DNA of 64,000 nt from Microbotryum violaceum (Eukaryota): positions 310,001 to 374,000 of the forward strand of contig CDLV01000004.1 of the NCBI GenBank assembly GCA_001244265.2, written 5' to 3'. The translations under genes and the position numbers were made by a program. This document shows, one piece after another, positions 12,943-31,330 of the stretch. Numbering within the stretch: position 1 is the stretch's first letter; the number at the start of each line of letters is the position of its first letter. The notes under the pieces are model-generated. The model did not search any database. It saw only the letters and a program-made list of their open reading frames with translations, and had not been told where the DNA came from.

Positions 12943-15336
12943 TGAGGCGCCGTTGCTAACACGAGCGCCGCAGAAAAAAATAAAAAATAAATGCGCCGCG
13001 CGAGAAAAAAAAAAAAAAAAAAAAAAAGGTCCTCGACTCAGACGTTGCCCCTCGGGAGCAGTCGGGAGGAGCAGTCGGGAGCAGTCGGGAGCTCTGAAGC
13101 TTTGAGTCGCCGAGTGGCTGAGGTGACGAGTCCTCGTCTGCTTCGGTCCCCTCGAGTGCCCAACGCCCCGAGATGGCTACGTTGCCGCCTGTTCTCACCC
13201 ACCTTCAAGACGGCGATCAGCATGCCCTAGGGACGAAAGTCGGCGACGAAGTGCTGGACGAAGAAGCCAAGACAGCGCTATTCGAAGAGATCCGAGTTCA
13301 AGGTTTCCAATCTGATGCTCTTGAGATTGAGGAGGCGCGGCGGAAATATTGGTCGCTGTTCAATGGTCGGAAGAGAACCTTGCAATGTGACAGCTTTTCA
13401 AATCATACCCTATCGCTCGCTAGCTGGAATTGATGGTCCGAGCTGGGCCTCATCCGAGTGACAAAGTGACAGCCGCGCAGTGTCGCCGATGCGCCGATCA
13501 TCTCTGTCTCGCACAAGAGTCAAGATTTGGTACATGCTACAAATTTTATCTATAGTTTCAATCCGAACTCGCTAGTCTACAACGCATGGTTAGTCTCGTG
13601 GCCGCGGGGGACGAGAGGTTCGTTCCGAGCGTCGAGGGGAAAAAATCTCCGAAGGCGCGTTCGACAAGGCGGGGTAGCAAGGCGAGTGAGATCTTCTGGA
13701 GTTTCGGTCGAAGAGCTAGCGGTAGCAGGTTCCCTTCAGTCGGCAAGTGATTGCATCTGTTGCTCAATCACCTGCCTTGGCTGTCGCTTCGGACCAAAGT
13801 TCGGTGGTGGAGGTAACGGATCCGAATCTCCTGAATTCTTTGCTTCCCCGCAAGGATGTCCTGAACTTGACGCCTCTCCGCACTTGATTCTGAAAGCCCC
13901 GACGATGGTGAATCATCCTCGCTCGCTTTGTTGTCGTCGTCGTCCCGGCAGATCAACGCTTGCGCTCTTCCCCCAGTCTTCCTCTTCTTCTGCTTGCTCT
14001 CCACTTGCGAATGTTTGCACGCCCTTGCCCTTCCTGCTCTCCTCCTTACTAGCGGGCATCAAGTGCATCGCTTCGGCGGGGGAGGGGGAAGGGGCGCGCG
14101 AAGCGAATTTCTTGAGCCCCAGCTGAGCGCCACTCAGCCAGCCACGCGCCGAGCGTGCCGCTGGTGTCAAGAGCCCACCCCCATTGCAATTATTCGCATG
14201 TACCGGAGATGATCGCGACGTCCTTGCGTCGCTCGAGGTCGATCGGCTAAAAGCCGGGTCGGGCAATGGCGCGGCGGGAGCTGGATGACGGGTGGTCGAG
14301 GCGCGACTCGACGACTGCAAAAGAGTTGAGCTCGAACCCGAGGGATAGACGAGGGACGACTTGAGGATGTGGAAAAAGTCGAGCCGGATCTGAAGGGATG
14401 ACCAGTCGTTAACGTAAGCCTAAGGCACATTCTCCCGGATCTAGTCTACGAAAGCGAGAGCCGAGAGATCAGCAATGGGACACGGAACAAGGGACGGCAA
14501 ACGGCAAACGTGAATCGACGAGACTGACCTGTTTCCTCTCGACCCAGGTTGTGAGAGTTGATCAGCTCCAGATATGCTGCTGGACCTCGTTTGTCAGCCG
14601 CGACCCTAGCTTCCGTCTTGCCGAAAGCCATCGCGCGTTGTTCATTTGAGCGTAGATCGGCTCGGCGAGCTTCGATTTTGGCAGCCATGGCAGCGAATTG
14701 TTGTTCATTTTCTGGAGCGTTACCATCGGAGCGTTATCATCATGTTCATCATTTCGAGCTGTTGAACTGGAGTGAGTGGAGCTTGAGGTTGAGGTTTCTA
14801 AGAAGAGTCGGGCGCGAGCCCCACTACGCGCTCGGTATGTTGTTGTACCGAAGGAGGTGCATCGCCAGCGGTTGCAGCGCCAAAAGAAGAAGCCGTATTG
14901 AAATTCAAGGCCAAGCTGAACAAATCGTCGGTCGAGCCAGATGTTGATCCGTTCATGTTCATTAGGAGAGGCGAGGGGAAGAGAGTGGCAGGAGGGAAAG
15001 AGGCAAATCCAGGCCGAACTCGAGGCGGTTGCCTGGGCGCTGCGTGCGGGAGGGTGCGGGCCTCAGGCCTCAGGGTCAAGCAGCGCTGCAGCAGTAACAG
15101 CAGCAGGTTCAGCTAGGTGGGTGCAGAAGAGCTGATGGCTACGAATGAGATTCAAGAGACCTCTCTCTGTCCACTGGGTTGGAGGAAAGTCATGCCATGC
15201 CATGGGTCATGACGGACGACCTTGCGGCATGACTGTGCTGTGCTGTCATTTTTTTATTTTATTTTTTTCTTCTCTCGTCTTTTTTTTTTTTTTTTTTTTT
15301 TTTTCGCGCGGAACTCGTGTTAGCTCCGGCGCCTCA
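12943..15336. mobile_element. Non-autonomous TIR element, about 2.4 kb, flanked by TA
   Basis: TA|TGAGGCGCCGTTGCTAACACGAG at 12941-12965 is the inverted match of CTCGTGTTAGCTCCGGCGCCTCA|TA at 15314-15338 (2 mismatches). Mirrored poly-A/poly-T tracts lie just inside. No transposase recognised. Confidence 0.7.
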
Positions 15337-16745
15337 TAATCGCGCTCAGAAACTTCCGGATTCGGCAGTCCCCACCATCTGAAACCTCGGGCTTAAAATC
15401 TACTCGCCGTCGCGCGCTTATTAAAAGTAAAGTTGCGAAACTCTAGGGACGCTTGTAATAGCCTCGACTGGGCTTCACCCAATTGCGGGGCTGCACGGGC
15501 TCAGCTTCGTGAGTCGGACGCGGGCTGGTCATTTCCCCCACTTGACTCCTCCCGAAGTAGTGGAGCCCTCCTCACACTCCTCCATCACTTCCAATTCGGA
15601 TGGCCAGTTCGTGGTAGCTTGTTCCTCGCCTTGCACTGTTCTCACGTCTAGCCAAAGGACTAAGCACATTCCAACTCAACCACCCCAGCTGGTACAGAAT
15701 CCTCGACAGCATCTCCGACGGTCCTGCAGGGTCGACTTTTCGCGGCAAACCCAGACTCGCTAACCGCCCGAACTCCGGAACCTCGAACATACAGTAAATT
15801 GTGAAGCAGTTGGCTCAGCATTAATTTCTGGAAGAATCGCACGCTTTCCGTACCCATGGTTCTTTCGCCAGCATCAACCCCTGGAAATACGCTCGCAGCG
15901 AACGAAAAGACGAGCGAACTCCAGCATCATTGTCGAACCTCCTCTGCGACCAACTCTACCGCCAAGTCTCGTCTTTTTTCGACTTTGGCCCGCCTACCAG
16001 CAGCAGTGACAAGATCTGTCGGGATTACAACGAGCTCTAGAGGAAGGATACGTCCATTTGAGGATGATGGGAATGACTGCGGCATTCGGACACCACTTTT
16101 GGGGCATTCTTCGCCTCGAATCGCTCGGACAAGGAGGGCTATCGCAGAAAAGATGCGAGCGCGGAAGTAAAGCCTTTCGATAGGTGAGGGTGCACGACGC
16201 CGAGTAGTCAGGACCACAATGTAGAGCGAGTGATGAGAAAGCTATCAAGAGTAAACAGCCGCGCGGGAAGAAAGCCCCGCGCGCTCCCTAACTTAAACAG
16301 ATCAAACTCCAATACCAAAGTGACTAATGACTAAACGCACGCGCATCCGCGCAGATACCACAGGCAGACACATATCAAATGACGAGGGCCGCAAGCCTTG
16401 GCGCTCAACGTTGAGTGTTCCTTTTCCTGGTGCCGGTCATCGTCTTCAGCATGCTCGTCTTGACTTCACACTTCCAGAAAAGAGGCGTCGACGATCCGGG
16501 AATGAACGGTATGAATGAATATTTGAGCAACTCGACATCAACGCTTGCGACGAGCTCGCTTTCATCGAACGACAAGATGTTGCAAGGCAACGTGAACTCC
16601 TAGCTCAAGCGTGGGCGTCGCTCTTAAAAGACATCTCCGAAACACGCCTGGGCCCGAGTCACTTCGATCATCGGCTCGACCGATGCTTTCCTCACGTCTT
16701 TGACTCGGGCATTTTCCGGGGTCAATCGAGCGACTCTGTCATACG

Positions 16746-16934
16746 TGTTAGAAGTGGGGTCTGAGAGCCTAACTCATTGCTATTAGTCTTGGTTAATACT
16801 TTATTCTGCGCGCGCGCCTATCTTTGTCTTTGCGTCTTTTTTCCTTCTGGGTTCCTTCTCCACGCTATTCTCATCATCTTACTCGTGTATCTCGGAGCTG
16901 AGTCGTGGAGTACCTCTTAGTCCTTGTTGCAACA
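16746..16934 (+). repeat. 5' LTR of copia element 1 (189 bp)
   Basis: TGTTAGAAGTGGGG...TTGCAACA; direct repeat of 26457-26723. Confidence 0.95.
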
Positions 16935-16938
16935 GGTT

Positions 16939-23007
<6,069 letters not shown>

Positions 23008-23012
23008 GTAGC

Positions 23013-26000
23013 TGCCATTGGTGTAGATGAATCTGCATTGATGACCTACACTTTCTCCTATTCGCGAACGATGCCACGTTTTCCATGGATCATGGTGCTA
23101 AGGTCCATTGCGTTGGAGACAAGTCGGTCCTATCGGACGTTGTCTCTCAGCCTCTCAAAATTTCTGTCGCCGATCAATCTCAAATCGAATCTCCCGGTCA
23201 TGGCTCAGTGACGTTTCTTACCTCATATGGCGCTCGTATCACCATTAAGAGGGTCTACTACATGCCCGGTGCTCAATGCGGTTTTATCTCCATTGACCGT
23301 CTGTTGGAATCGATGACGTACGCTGTTGGTCCCCAAAGCAATCTCATTTTCAGCATCCGCGGCAAGTCGATTCTGCGCTCGCTTCCTGGTCGGGGGTTTG
23401 TCATGGATGCAGCTCCCGTTCAGCCTATCATGTCATCCTCACCGCCTTCAATGGTCGGAGCCAATCGTCTCACTGGAACCTGTACGTTGATGGAAGCACA
23501 TCGGAAGTTGGGCCATCATTCTCCTGCGGCGATCGTTTTGGCCGTCAAATCGGGGCTATCACTGGCATCACTCTGAAGGACGAAAAGGTTACTCCTTGCT
23601 TCTCGTGCATCCAGGCCAAGTCAAAGCGATCACCCTTCTCCAACAAGAGTACCAAAGCGCCTCATGCACTCTACCGCGTCTTCATCGATCTTGGGTTTGT
23701 CGAACATCCCAATCACCATGGCGATACTATCTATCTCGCTATCGTGGATCAGTATTCGACGGCTAAATGGACGATCGTGCTAAAGGACAAGAGGGCTGAG
23801 ACGATTATTGAAGCATGGTCGAAATTTCAAGCCGGGTCCGAGCGTCAAACGGGTCAGAAAATCAAGAGGGTCAGATCGGACAATGGTCGTGAATTCGACA
23901 ACTCATTGTTCCGGCCTCTTCTTGAAAAGCAGGGCATCATCGTGGAATTCACGGCCCCCTATACTCCGGAGCAAAATGGTCAAGTAGAGCGACTCAATGG
24001 ATCTTTCATGGGTCTCGTTCAATCAATGCTCCTCGACTCCGGTCTTCCCATGCGATTCTGGTCAGATGCTCTGGCCGTCGCGACATTTGTTCTCAATCGT
24101 CGACCACATCCTCGTATTCAAGGAAAAACGGCAATCGAAGTTCTTCTCGGCAAGAAGCCTAGTCTTGCTCATCTTCAGCCATTCGGATCTACGGCGTTTG
24201 TCCACGTTCCCAAGGAGCGTCGCTCCAAGCTTGCACCTCGCTCCATTCAGGGAGTTTTCATCGGGTACTCCGGTGAATACAACTACCGTGTCTGGGTCCA
24301 ATCGTCGAAACAGGTCTACGTTTCGCGTCACGTCACATTCCTTGAGACTCCTTCCGTCGTCACTTCGTCTCAAGATCGTGCGGACGCTTCTGATCCCGTT
24401 CATCATTCTCAACCTCCTCATCCTCCTCATCCTCCGCCAGATGTGTTGCCGTCTACACCAACTTCACCTGTTGTGGATCCAACTTTGCCGGATCCACAGC
24501 CTCCTCCGGTGGTTCCAATTGGAGTTGGTCAACAGGGGGGTATCTTGCAGTCGTTCCTCGTAAGGATGACGACAATGACGACAACGATGGACTCGACGAT
24601 GGACCTGATAACTATCATGACGCAGAAGAACCACTCGACGGTGAGGCGGAAGTCGCTCTCGCTCCTCGTGAAGGTTACGCCATCGTTCGCACTGGTCCAA
24701 ATCCTGGCCAATTCAAGAATGTTGATCCTTCCAACATCCTTCCTGCTGGTTCTCGTCGTCGACCTCAACCTCCGGAAAATATACTTCCCATCATTTCGGC
24801 TATCATGGTCGATGTCTTGGATACTCCACCCATGTTCCACGACAAGCTTTCCTACGATGCCTACTGTGCTGCCGTGTTCGCCGAAGAAGACATCGAGATA
24901 CCCAAGACATTCGAGGAAGCCATGAAGTCATCCTATCGCAATCATTGGAGTGCGGCAATGGTCTCAGAACTTCTACAATTCGATCATCATGGAGTCTTTC
25001 AGGAAGTCATGTGGCACGAAGGAATTCGGGTACTCGGCACGATCTGGGTCTACAGTATCAAGCGCGATGCAAACGGCAAAATCATTCGTTTCAAAGCTCG
25101 TCTCGTTGCTCAAGGATTTGCTCAACGCCCAGGCATCAACTACCATGACACCTACGCTCCTGTCGCTCGTTCTTCGACGATTTTGTTCTTGATTGCTCTG
25201 GCTGCTGCTCAGGGCCTGTATCTCGAACAGTTCGATTTTGACTGCGCCTTTCTCAACGGCAAGATGACCGAGGATGTCTATGTTCAATACCCAAAAGGAT
25301 GGAATCGTCCTCAATCCCCTGGCAAGTGCCTCAAGCTCGTGGGTTCCATGTATGGCACCAAACAGGCGCCCCGTGAATGGTATCGAGCCGTCAACGATCT
25401 CATGGTGTCTCGAGGCTACATGAGGGCAACTGCCGATGCTTGCCTCTACATCAAACATTCGGGCACTTCGTTTGCTATCATCACTCTCTATGTTGACGAC
25501 GGTCTCATCGCGTCCAACAATCAGTCCTTCTTGGACTCCGAGCTCGGATCGCTTCACAAGGCCTTCCAGCTCAAGCGTCTCGGACCCGTCTCCTACTTCC
25601 TGGGCTTCGAAATTCATCGCACCAAATATTACATCCTCGTTCACCAAAGCAAGTATGTCCGCACTATGCTCGAGAAGTTCGATTTCGCTTCTCCATCCAA
25701 GCGCCGTGCAGTCACGCCCATGGACGATCGCCCCTCGCTTCGAATCGATGCTACTCCGTTTGCCGATGTGTCATTGTACCAATCGGCTGTGGGTTCCCTG
25801 CAGCACGCGTCCACTCGATGTCGACCCAATATCGCGATTGCTGTTCGTGCCGTTGCTCAAAAGAACTCCTGTCCAACTGTCGACGATTGGGCTGCGGTCA
25901 AGCGTATATTTCGCTACCTCAACAGCACCATCGATTTGGGAATTCTTTATCGAAACAGTTCCACAACTCGATTGATGGTCTACTCCGATGCCTCGTTTGC

Positions 26001-26475
26001 GGATGACCCGGAATCTCACAGATCGGTGGGAGCCTATGCATCAATGCTCGCTGGCGGCGTTATCTCCTGGCAGTCAAAGCAACAATCTACGATCGCTACA
26101 TCCACTACCGAAGCCGAAATCCTCTCTGCATCCTCAGCCACTCGTGAAGCAATCTGGCTCCGTCGTTTGGCTGGTGATGTCGGCATTCCACAAGCACAGC
26201 CTACTATCATTCAAGAGGACAACGCCGCATGCATCCAGATCGCCAAGGATCCGGTCGATCACATGCGAACCAAGCACTTCGACATTGCTCATTTGTTCGT
26301 TCGAGAACGGGTTGCTTCTGGCGAGGTCGAACTTGAATACTGCCCTACCCACGTCAATGCCGCGGATATTATGACGAAGCCTTTGGGATTTCAACGCTTT
26401 GATCAACTTCGTGCGCTACTTGGAATGGTCTCGTTAGTCTCTTTGACCGGTGGGAGTGTTAGAAGTGGGGTCTGA
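23013..26475 (+). pseudogene. Copia pol (PR-IN-RT-RNase H), frameshifted
   Basis: [79 protein letters not shown]. Confidence 0.92.
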
Positions 26476-26723
26476 GAGCCTAACTCATTGCTATTAGTCT
26501 TGGTTAATACTTTATTCTGCGCGCGCGCCTATCTTTGTCTTTGCGTCTTTCTTTCCTTCTGGGTTCCTTCTCCACGCTATTCTCATCATCTCACTCGTGT
26601 ATCTCGGAGCTGAGTCGTGGAGTACCTCTTAGGTTAGTTACTGCAAAGCCACGCTATTCTCATCATCTCACTCGTGTATCTCGGAGCTGAGTCGTGGAGT
26701 ACCTCTTAGTCCTTGTTGCAACA
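26457..26723 (+). repeat. 3' LTR of copia element 1 (267 bp, with an internal 61-bp duplication)
   Basis: Matches the 5' LTR, but 26572-26632 is repeated at 26649-26709 around a 16-bp spacer. Confidence 0.92.
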
Positions 26724-26980
26724 GAATCGACCAATTCCGCCTCGTCGCTGCTCGAGAGCGCCTGAGGCGTGGGTTGCAGTAACCGGTTGGTCCAATTGAC
26801 AGCGGGATCGGCTCGACTGTTGTACGCGTCGAGGTGCTTCTTGGTCGTGGCGTGTCGGACGGCGCGACGATACCACATGCGCTCGCCACCACAGTATCGG
26901 CACACATAGCCGGCAGAAGCTCGCTGAGAGGACCATTCCAAAACAAAGTCTGTGGATGATGGCGATGAGGATGATGACAT
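26724..26980 (-). pseudogene. N-terminal C2H2 zinc-finger fragment, probably of a DNA-transposon ORF, cut by the copia LTR
   Basis: MSSSS...YVCRYCGGERMWYRRAVRHATTKKH (CxxC-x12-H-x5-H); the frame runs into the LTR. Confidence 0.5.
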
Positions 26981-27806
26981 GATGAAAGTGTTCGCGTCAA
27001 CGCGACTGCGAGCCGGCGGCCGGGCGTGGGTCCGAGTGTCGCAAGGAGTCGCTACCACCCAGGTCGGCCGGGAACCATGACGTCGTTAGCACCCACCATT
27101 CTCCATGACTTGTTCCAAGTCCCTCAACTGAACGGACATCGTGTTGGCTGTCGAGGGTGTGTTGTGCCCGGGACTGTCAAATGGGCAAACGAAAGAGAGG
27201 GTGGGGCTCCGCGAAGGCGCGAGGGCCGCTCCAGCTGGCTCCTCTCGCCTCCTCTCTCACAACCGGTCGGTCTCAGCCCCCGCCCCGGGCACGGCCGGAG
27301 CCACCCGCAAGCCGCAGACAAGCTCCGAGGGACCGAGTCGCTCCTGGGAGGCTGCTCGGCCTCGCACACGATGTTGAGCTTGAGAATGCAAGAAAACATA
27401 GTCGTATGACAAGGGTGGAAACCCACTGTACAATGATCAGCCCTGTAGACCGGAGTACTATCTGCGACCGAACGCGACTCTTGGGCTGACAACCATGGCT
27501 TCCAACGATCCCTATTGCTCCCATATGGCTGCACGAGGGCCGCCATAGGGCTCCCCAACCCCGATGCCTGAAGGATTTTCCCGATGGCCGCCGTATGAAG
27601 GCACTACGGTGACCGTATGCGCGCGCTAGGGGGAAATCCTTATGGCCCCGCCGTAGGGAGGCCCTAGGGAAGCCCTACGGAGGCCTTAAGGATTTTATTC
27701 TTATCGAGGCATTACAAAATGCCTTATGGAATCCCGAAACTTGCCCTACGGGCCTCATAAGGCAAAAGCTGCCTTATGCCCTCCTAAATTTTCGCGCGCG
27801 CATGTG
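26724..27806 (-). mobile_element. End of a CAC-terminated (CMC/CACTA-like) DNA transposon
   Basis: Terminus TTTCGCGCGCGCATGTG|TA. Positions 27500-27790 are packed with short palindromic motifs (CCATAGG, CCTTATGG, CCTAGG, CCTACGG, CCTTAAGG). The same terminus occurs inverted at 42673-42691. Confidence 0.55.
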
Positions 27807-27812
27807 TATTTC

Positions 27813-30788
27813 CACGCGCGCGCTGATTTTACCCAAGCGCGTGGTAATTCTAGCCGTCACTTGTAAATACCAGGCCGTCGGGTATTACCCAGACGCCTGG
27901 GTATTTCCAGGTCGCGAGGTGATATCGCCCAGGCCGAAGGAGAGTCTGCCCAGGCGCGTGGTAATACCAGCCGGCACCATTACTACCCTCGCCCGGTGGT
28001 TTTCCCAGCCAGGTATGGTATTGTCCACTTATATATTGGATCTAGATCCTAGTCATACCGCTACTCTCAGCTGTCTCAGCATGAGCCAAATGACTTCTAG
28101 CCTAGCAGATGGAAAACAGCTGGGAATGGATTACAAGTCCAAGATATTGGGCCGAGCTTCGTCCTCCAATCGGTCAAAAATATACTCGCGAGGCTCTTCT
28201 CGAGTCTCGACCCACCCTCCGATAGATGCGACCAGCTGAGCCTAAGATGCAGCGCAGATCTATAATCTCGATCGCTCCCAGAGTTCCTTGACCTCGAGTG
28301 AAAAACAAGTTTTGGTGCCTCTGCACACTGACAACAAAAGCAGCCTTTCTTTTTTGCCGCCTTTGCGCTGGCTTGGCCACCGGAGTCCGCTCGATAGCGT
28401 CGACGGCTTCCAATCGACTTAGATTAAGAGACCTGATCTTCCCTACCAGGAAAGTTTGTGGAGTGAGAGGCACAAATTAGTGTTTGTACGTGAGTCGTCG
28501 CCGTCGTCGTCGTCGTCGAATGGGAGCGAGCTACTAGAGCTGGAGCGGTCCTCGTATTCCAGGTCAGGAGACACCATTCCCCAATCAAATGCCGCGTCAA
28601 ACTGTTGTGTCGCGAAAATCTTCTTCGTCCAATCCTAGCGCTTGGTCCTCACTTGACCCCATTGATCCCCCGACCGAAGAAGCTCGCTCGGACTCGTAAT
28701 CTCCTTGAGAAGAGTAGGGACCTTTGGGACTGGTGGGCACTCCATATTGCGCTTCGTTTGTGGCTGATTGTGGTGGCGAGCGACTTGCAAACCAACCAGG
28801 AGTTGGTAAAGGGGCCTGGAACGATTGGGCCTCAGGAGCAAGCAACGTTGGAGGTTCCGATGGCTACCGCGAGAACTCGAGGATAGCAGTTGCGTCGGCT
28901 CTGGCAGAGTCAACAGGTTGTAGGCGTTTGTGGCGGTAGAACTAGTGTCGCTCTTGATACCATTGCATCATTGCACAACGAACAATGGCATAGGCGAGAA
29001 GACTGGTTGCGTGTCATGGTGGCGCAATCGATTGGTTAATTACCGTGAGACGTGAGACTGAAGAGCAACGAACGACGCTAAGTCCGGCAGGCCATCCGGG
29101 ACATTAGGGCTACAGTAATGAGCAATACGAGCAGCGATTAGGCAGATTTGATTATGTGCGCTGAAGAATGGCGCCATGCGTCCGCGCGCTTCTTTCCTTC
29201 TTTCGCCTTCGATCCACTTGTGCCCACGTCGAAGCTCAACCGTCCCCGCCTACGTCTTCCTACCATGACACGAACATCGTCGACCACGGCAAGACGTACA
29301 ACAAGGATGGACAAGGAGAACTAACCACCGCATGATTGGCGCCCACGTGTGTACAGAGAGCTGAAATCTTCGCGGTCTGCGTCTGCACCGCCACAGTTGA
29401 GGGAACTTGCTGACGTGTTCTTTTTCAACCCCGCCGCCGTCCTTTACCATCGGCCCACTGCGGCTACCTGTCTTCTTGTTTCTTCCAGCCAGAAAATACG
29501 TTGAAAAGACAAGGGTTCTATGAGCCTGCGCGAGTATACTATACTTGGGTTTGCGTGAGTACCGGCGGCTCAACGATCGGGCGCGACGCCATCTCGTCGA
29601 TCTGACTCCTCAGTGCTCACTATCTGTGTGATGTCCTTCGACCAGTCGGTTATACGGGATGCACTAGTAAAGGCAGGAATCACCACACCTGACCCCATCA
29701 ACCTTTATGGTTGGCATGTGGACTCCAGACTACCACACGCCTAAGGGGTTCAACCTCAAGGACGCGTTCAGGCTCATTCAAGCCAAAACGCAAAGCAACA
29801 CTACTGTGTGGGGACGTTTTGGACCTGCAAAACAACGAGATATCGTCAAATATGTGAGTTGCGTGGAACCTGCCAGTCTTGTACGGAGCGTGCGCTTGCT
29901 CGGGCACTCACTCGTCATCCTCTTTCAGATTCGTGAGCGCACGGCTTTCTTAAGGGTCATATCGGGCGACTGGCTCTATGAAGAACTTGTTATTGATGCG
30001 TTGGCGAATGTCCTGAGCCGCGTATAGACTGCAGTACGACCGTGAGGCCTGTCGGTTGGCGGGAATCATGGGACGGCTTTTCAGGGCGGGCATCACAAGA
30101 TTGCTCAACGAGCTAGGCGCAGGATCTGCTCTGAAGGTTAGTCGCTACTCTCGATTGAACAAGAGGCCCGGGTCAGTCAAAATCGGCGAAGGAGGCGAAC
30201 GCTAAACAATCTTCTCGCATTAGCCAGAAGACGATCACTAGGCGGGTCCGTCGCAGAGAAGAAAGCGAGGAAGAGCAGTCTCGGGTAGAGGAAGAGGAAG
30301 AGGAAGAGGAAGAGGAATAATTAGAGCCGACTAAAGGGAATAAGAAACGGGCAAGAGGAGCGGCAGCCGGAGCTTCGGGCGGTTTAGATCTTGATCAATC
30401 CGACAATCCAGACAAATGGGAGGAGCCTGTGACGGACGTGGACACTCAGTTTGCTGCTTTGTAGTGTACCTATATCATAATACAGTAGAAAACCCTGCAT
30501 TGAAAAACTACAATTCGGATATGAGCATTAGTAAATTCGAATACAAGTATCAGTAAATTCGAGTGTAAGCATTAGTAAATTCGAATATGAGCATTAGTAC
30601 TGCGAAGGTGACACCCATCACAAAAAACCTAATGCTAATTGCGCTCGGTCGTGCTCCGCACAAGAGCCCCTACTGAGACTTTTCGGGTGGAAATACCAGC
30701 TGAGAAGGTTAATACCCAACCGACAGAAATACCAGCGGCTTGGGTAATACCCCTCGTGAAGTGGTAATACCCGCACCTCGGGCAGACA
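27813..30788. mobile_element. Degenerate DNA-transposon-like segment with two divergent ORF relics
   Basis: GGTAATACC/AAATACC motifs cluster at both ends (27840-27990 and 30689-30772). A minus-strand relic reads MTRNQSSRLCHCSLCNDAMVSRAT (about 29017 leftward). A plus-strand spliced relic at about 29630-30460 includes FLRVISGDWLYEELV. Confidence 0.4.
30512..30599. repeat. 22-bp minisatellite, 4 units
   Basis: Consensus AATTCGAATATGAGCATTAGTA; units start at 30512, 30534, 30556 and 30578. Confidence 0.85.
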
Positions 30789-30895
30789 TAAAAAATACGC
30801 CTAAACAGGCGCGCGCGCAGCGCCCCATCACGTGCCTTCCAAGTCACTGCCCCAGCGGGGTGTACCCTTGCTACCCCAGGGCGCCGACTTGGCCC
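30789..30895. repeat. Left TIR of KDZ family 2
   Basis: TAAAAAATACGCCTAAACAGGCGCGCGCGC...GACTTGGCCC; reverse complement of 39764-39870. Confidence 0.95.
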
Positions 30896-31330
30896 CGTTG
30901 AGGTATGCCCACCTCGATGTCGAGCTACCGAGACGTTCACTCCCACTATAACTCGGTGGAAAACCTGGAAACAAAGGCACAGTCGGCGAGTAATAGTGCA
31001 TTCGGATTTTTGCATATTTTTTGAGAGTTACTATTGTCCTCTGCAAGCTGAACAAGAGCGCTACCTCAAACACGTGATTCGGCACGGGTCGCGCGGAACA
31101 ATTGGGGCCGGGACTGGCCGGGACGTCGACGCGTCACGACTCCGGAGACGCTGGAGAGGGCCGCGACGCGTCGCGCTCGCGCATACCGCCCATTCTTTTG
31201 CTTTGCTCAATCGCCCCCTACTACGTATACGAAGTAACGAACTAGAAACGAGCATCCGTGACTTTGCGACAGTCTGAAACGAACGCCCACTTCGAAATAC
31301 CGGATCAGTCATAGTCTTGCTGCTCCTGTC

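Noticed and set aside
12944-15335. Sola-type element (GAG...CTC termini)
   Set aside because: The 4-bp flanks (GTAT and ATAA) are not duplicated; TA-flanked TGAG...CTCA ends fit better.
15340-16745. Host gene between the TIR element and copia element 1
   Set aside because: Only short fragments with no recognisable domain; a possible truncated 3' exon at 16405-16745 (-) is too weak to call.
24973-25975. Additional long ORFs overlapping copia RT
   Set aside because: These are alternative-frame or antisense shadows of pol in GC-rich DNA; the same applies to overlaps in set2 and the gypsy element.
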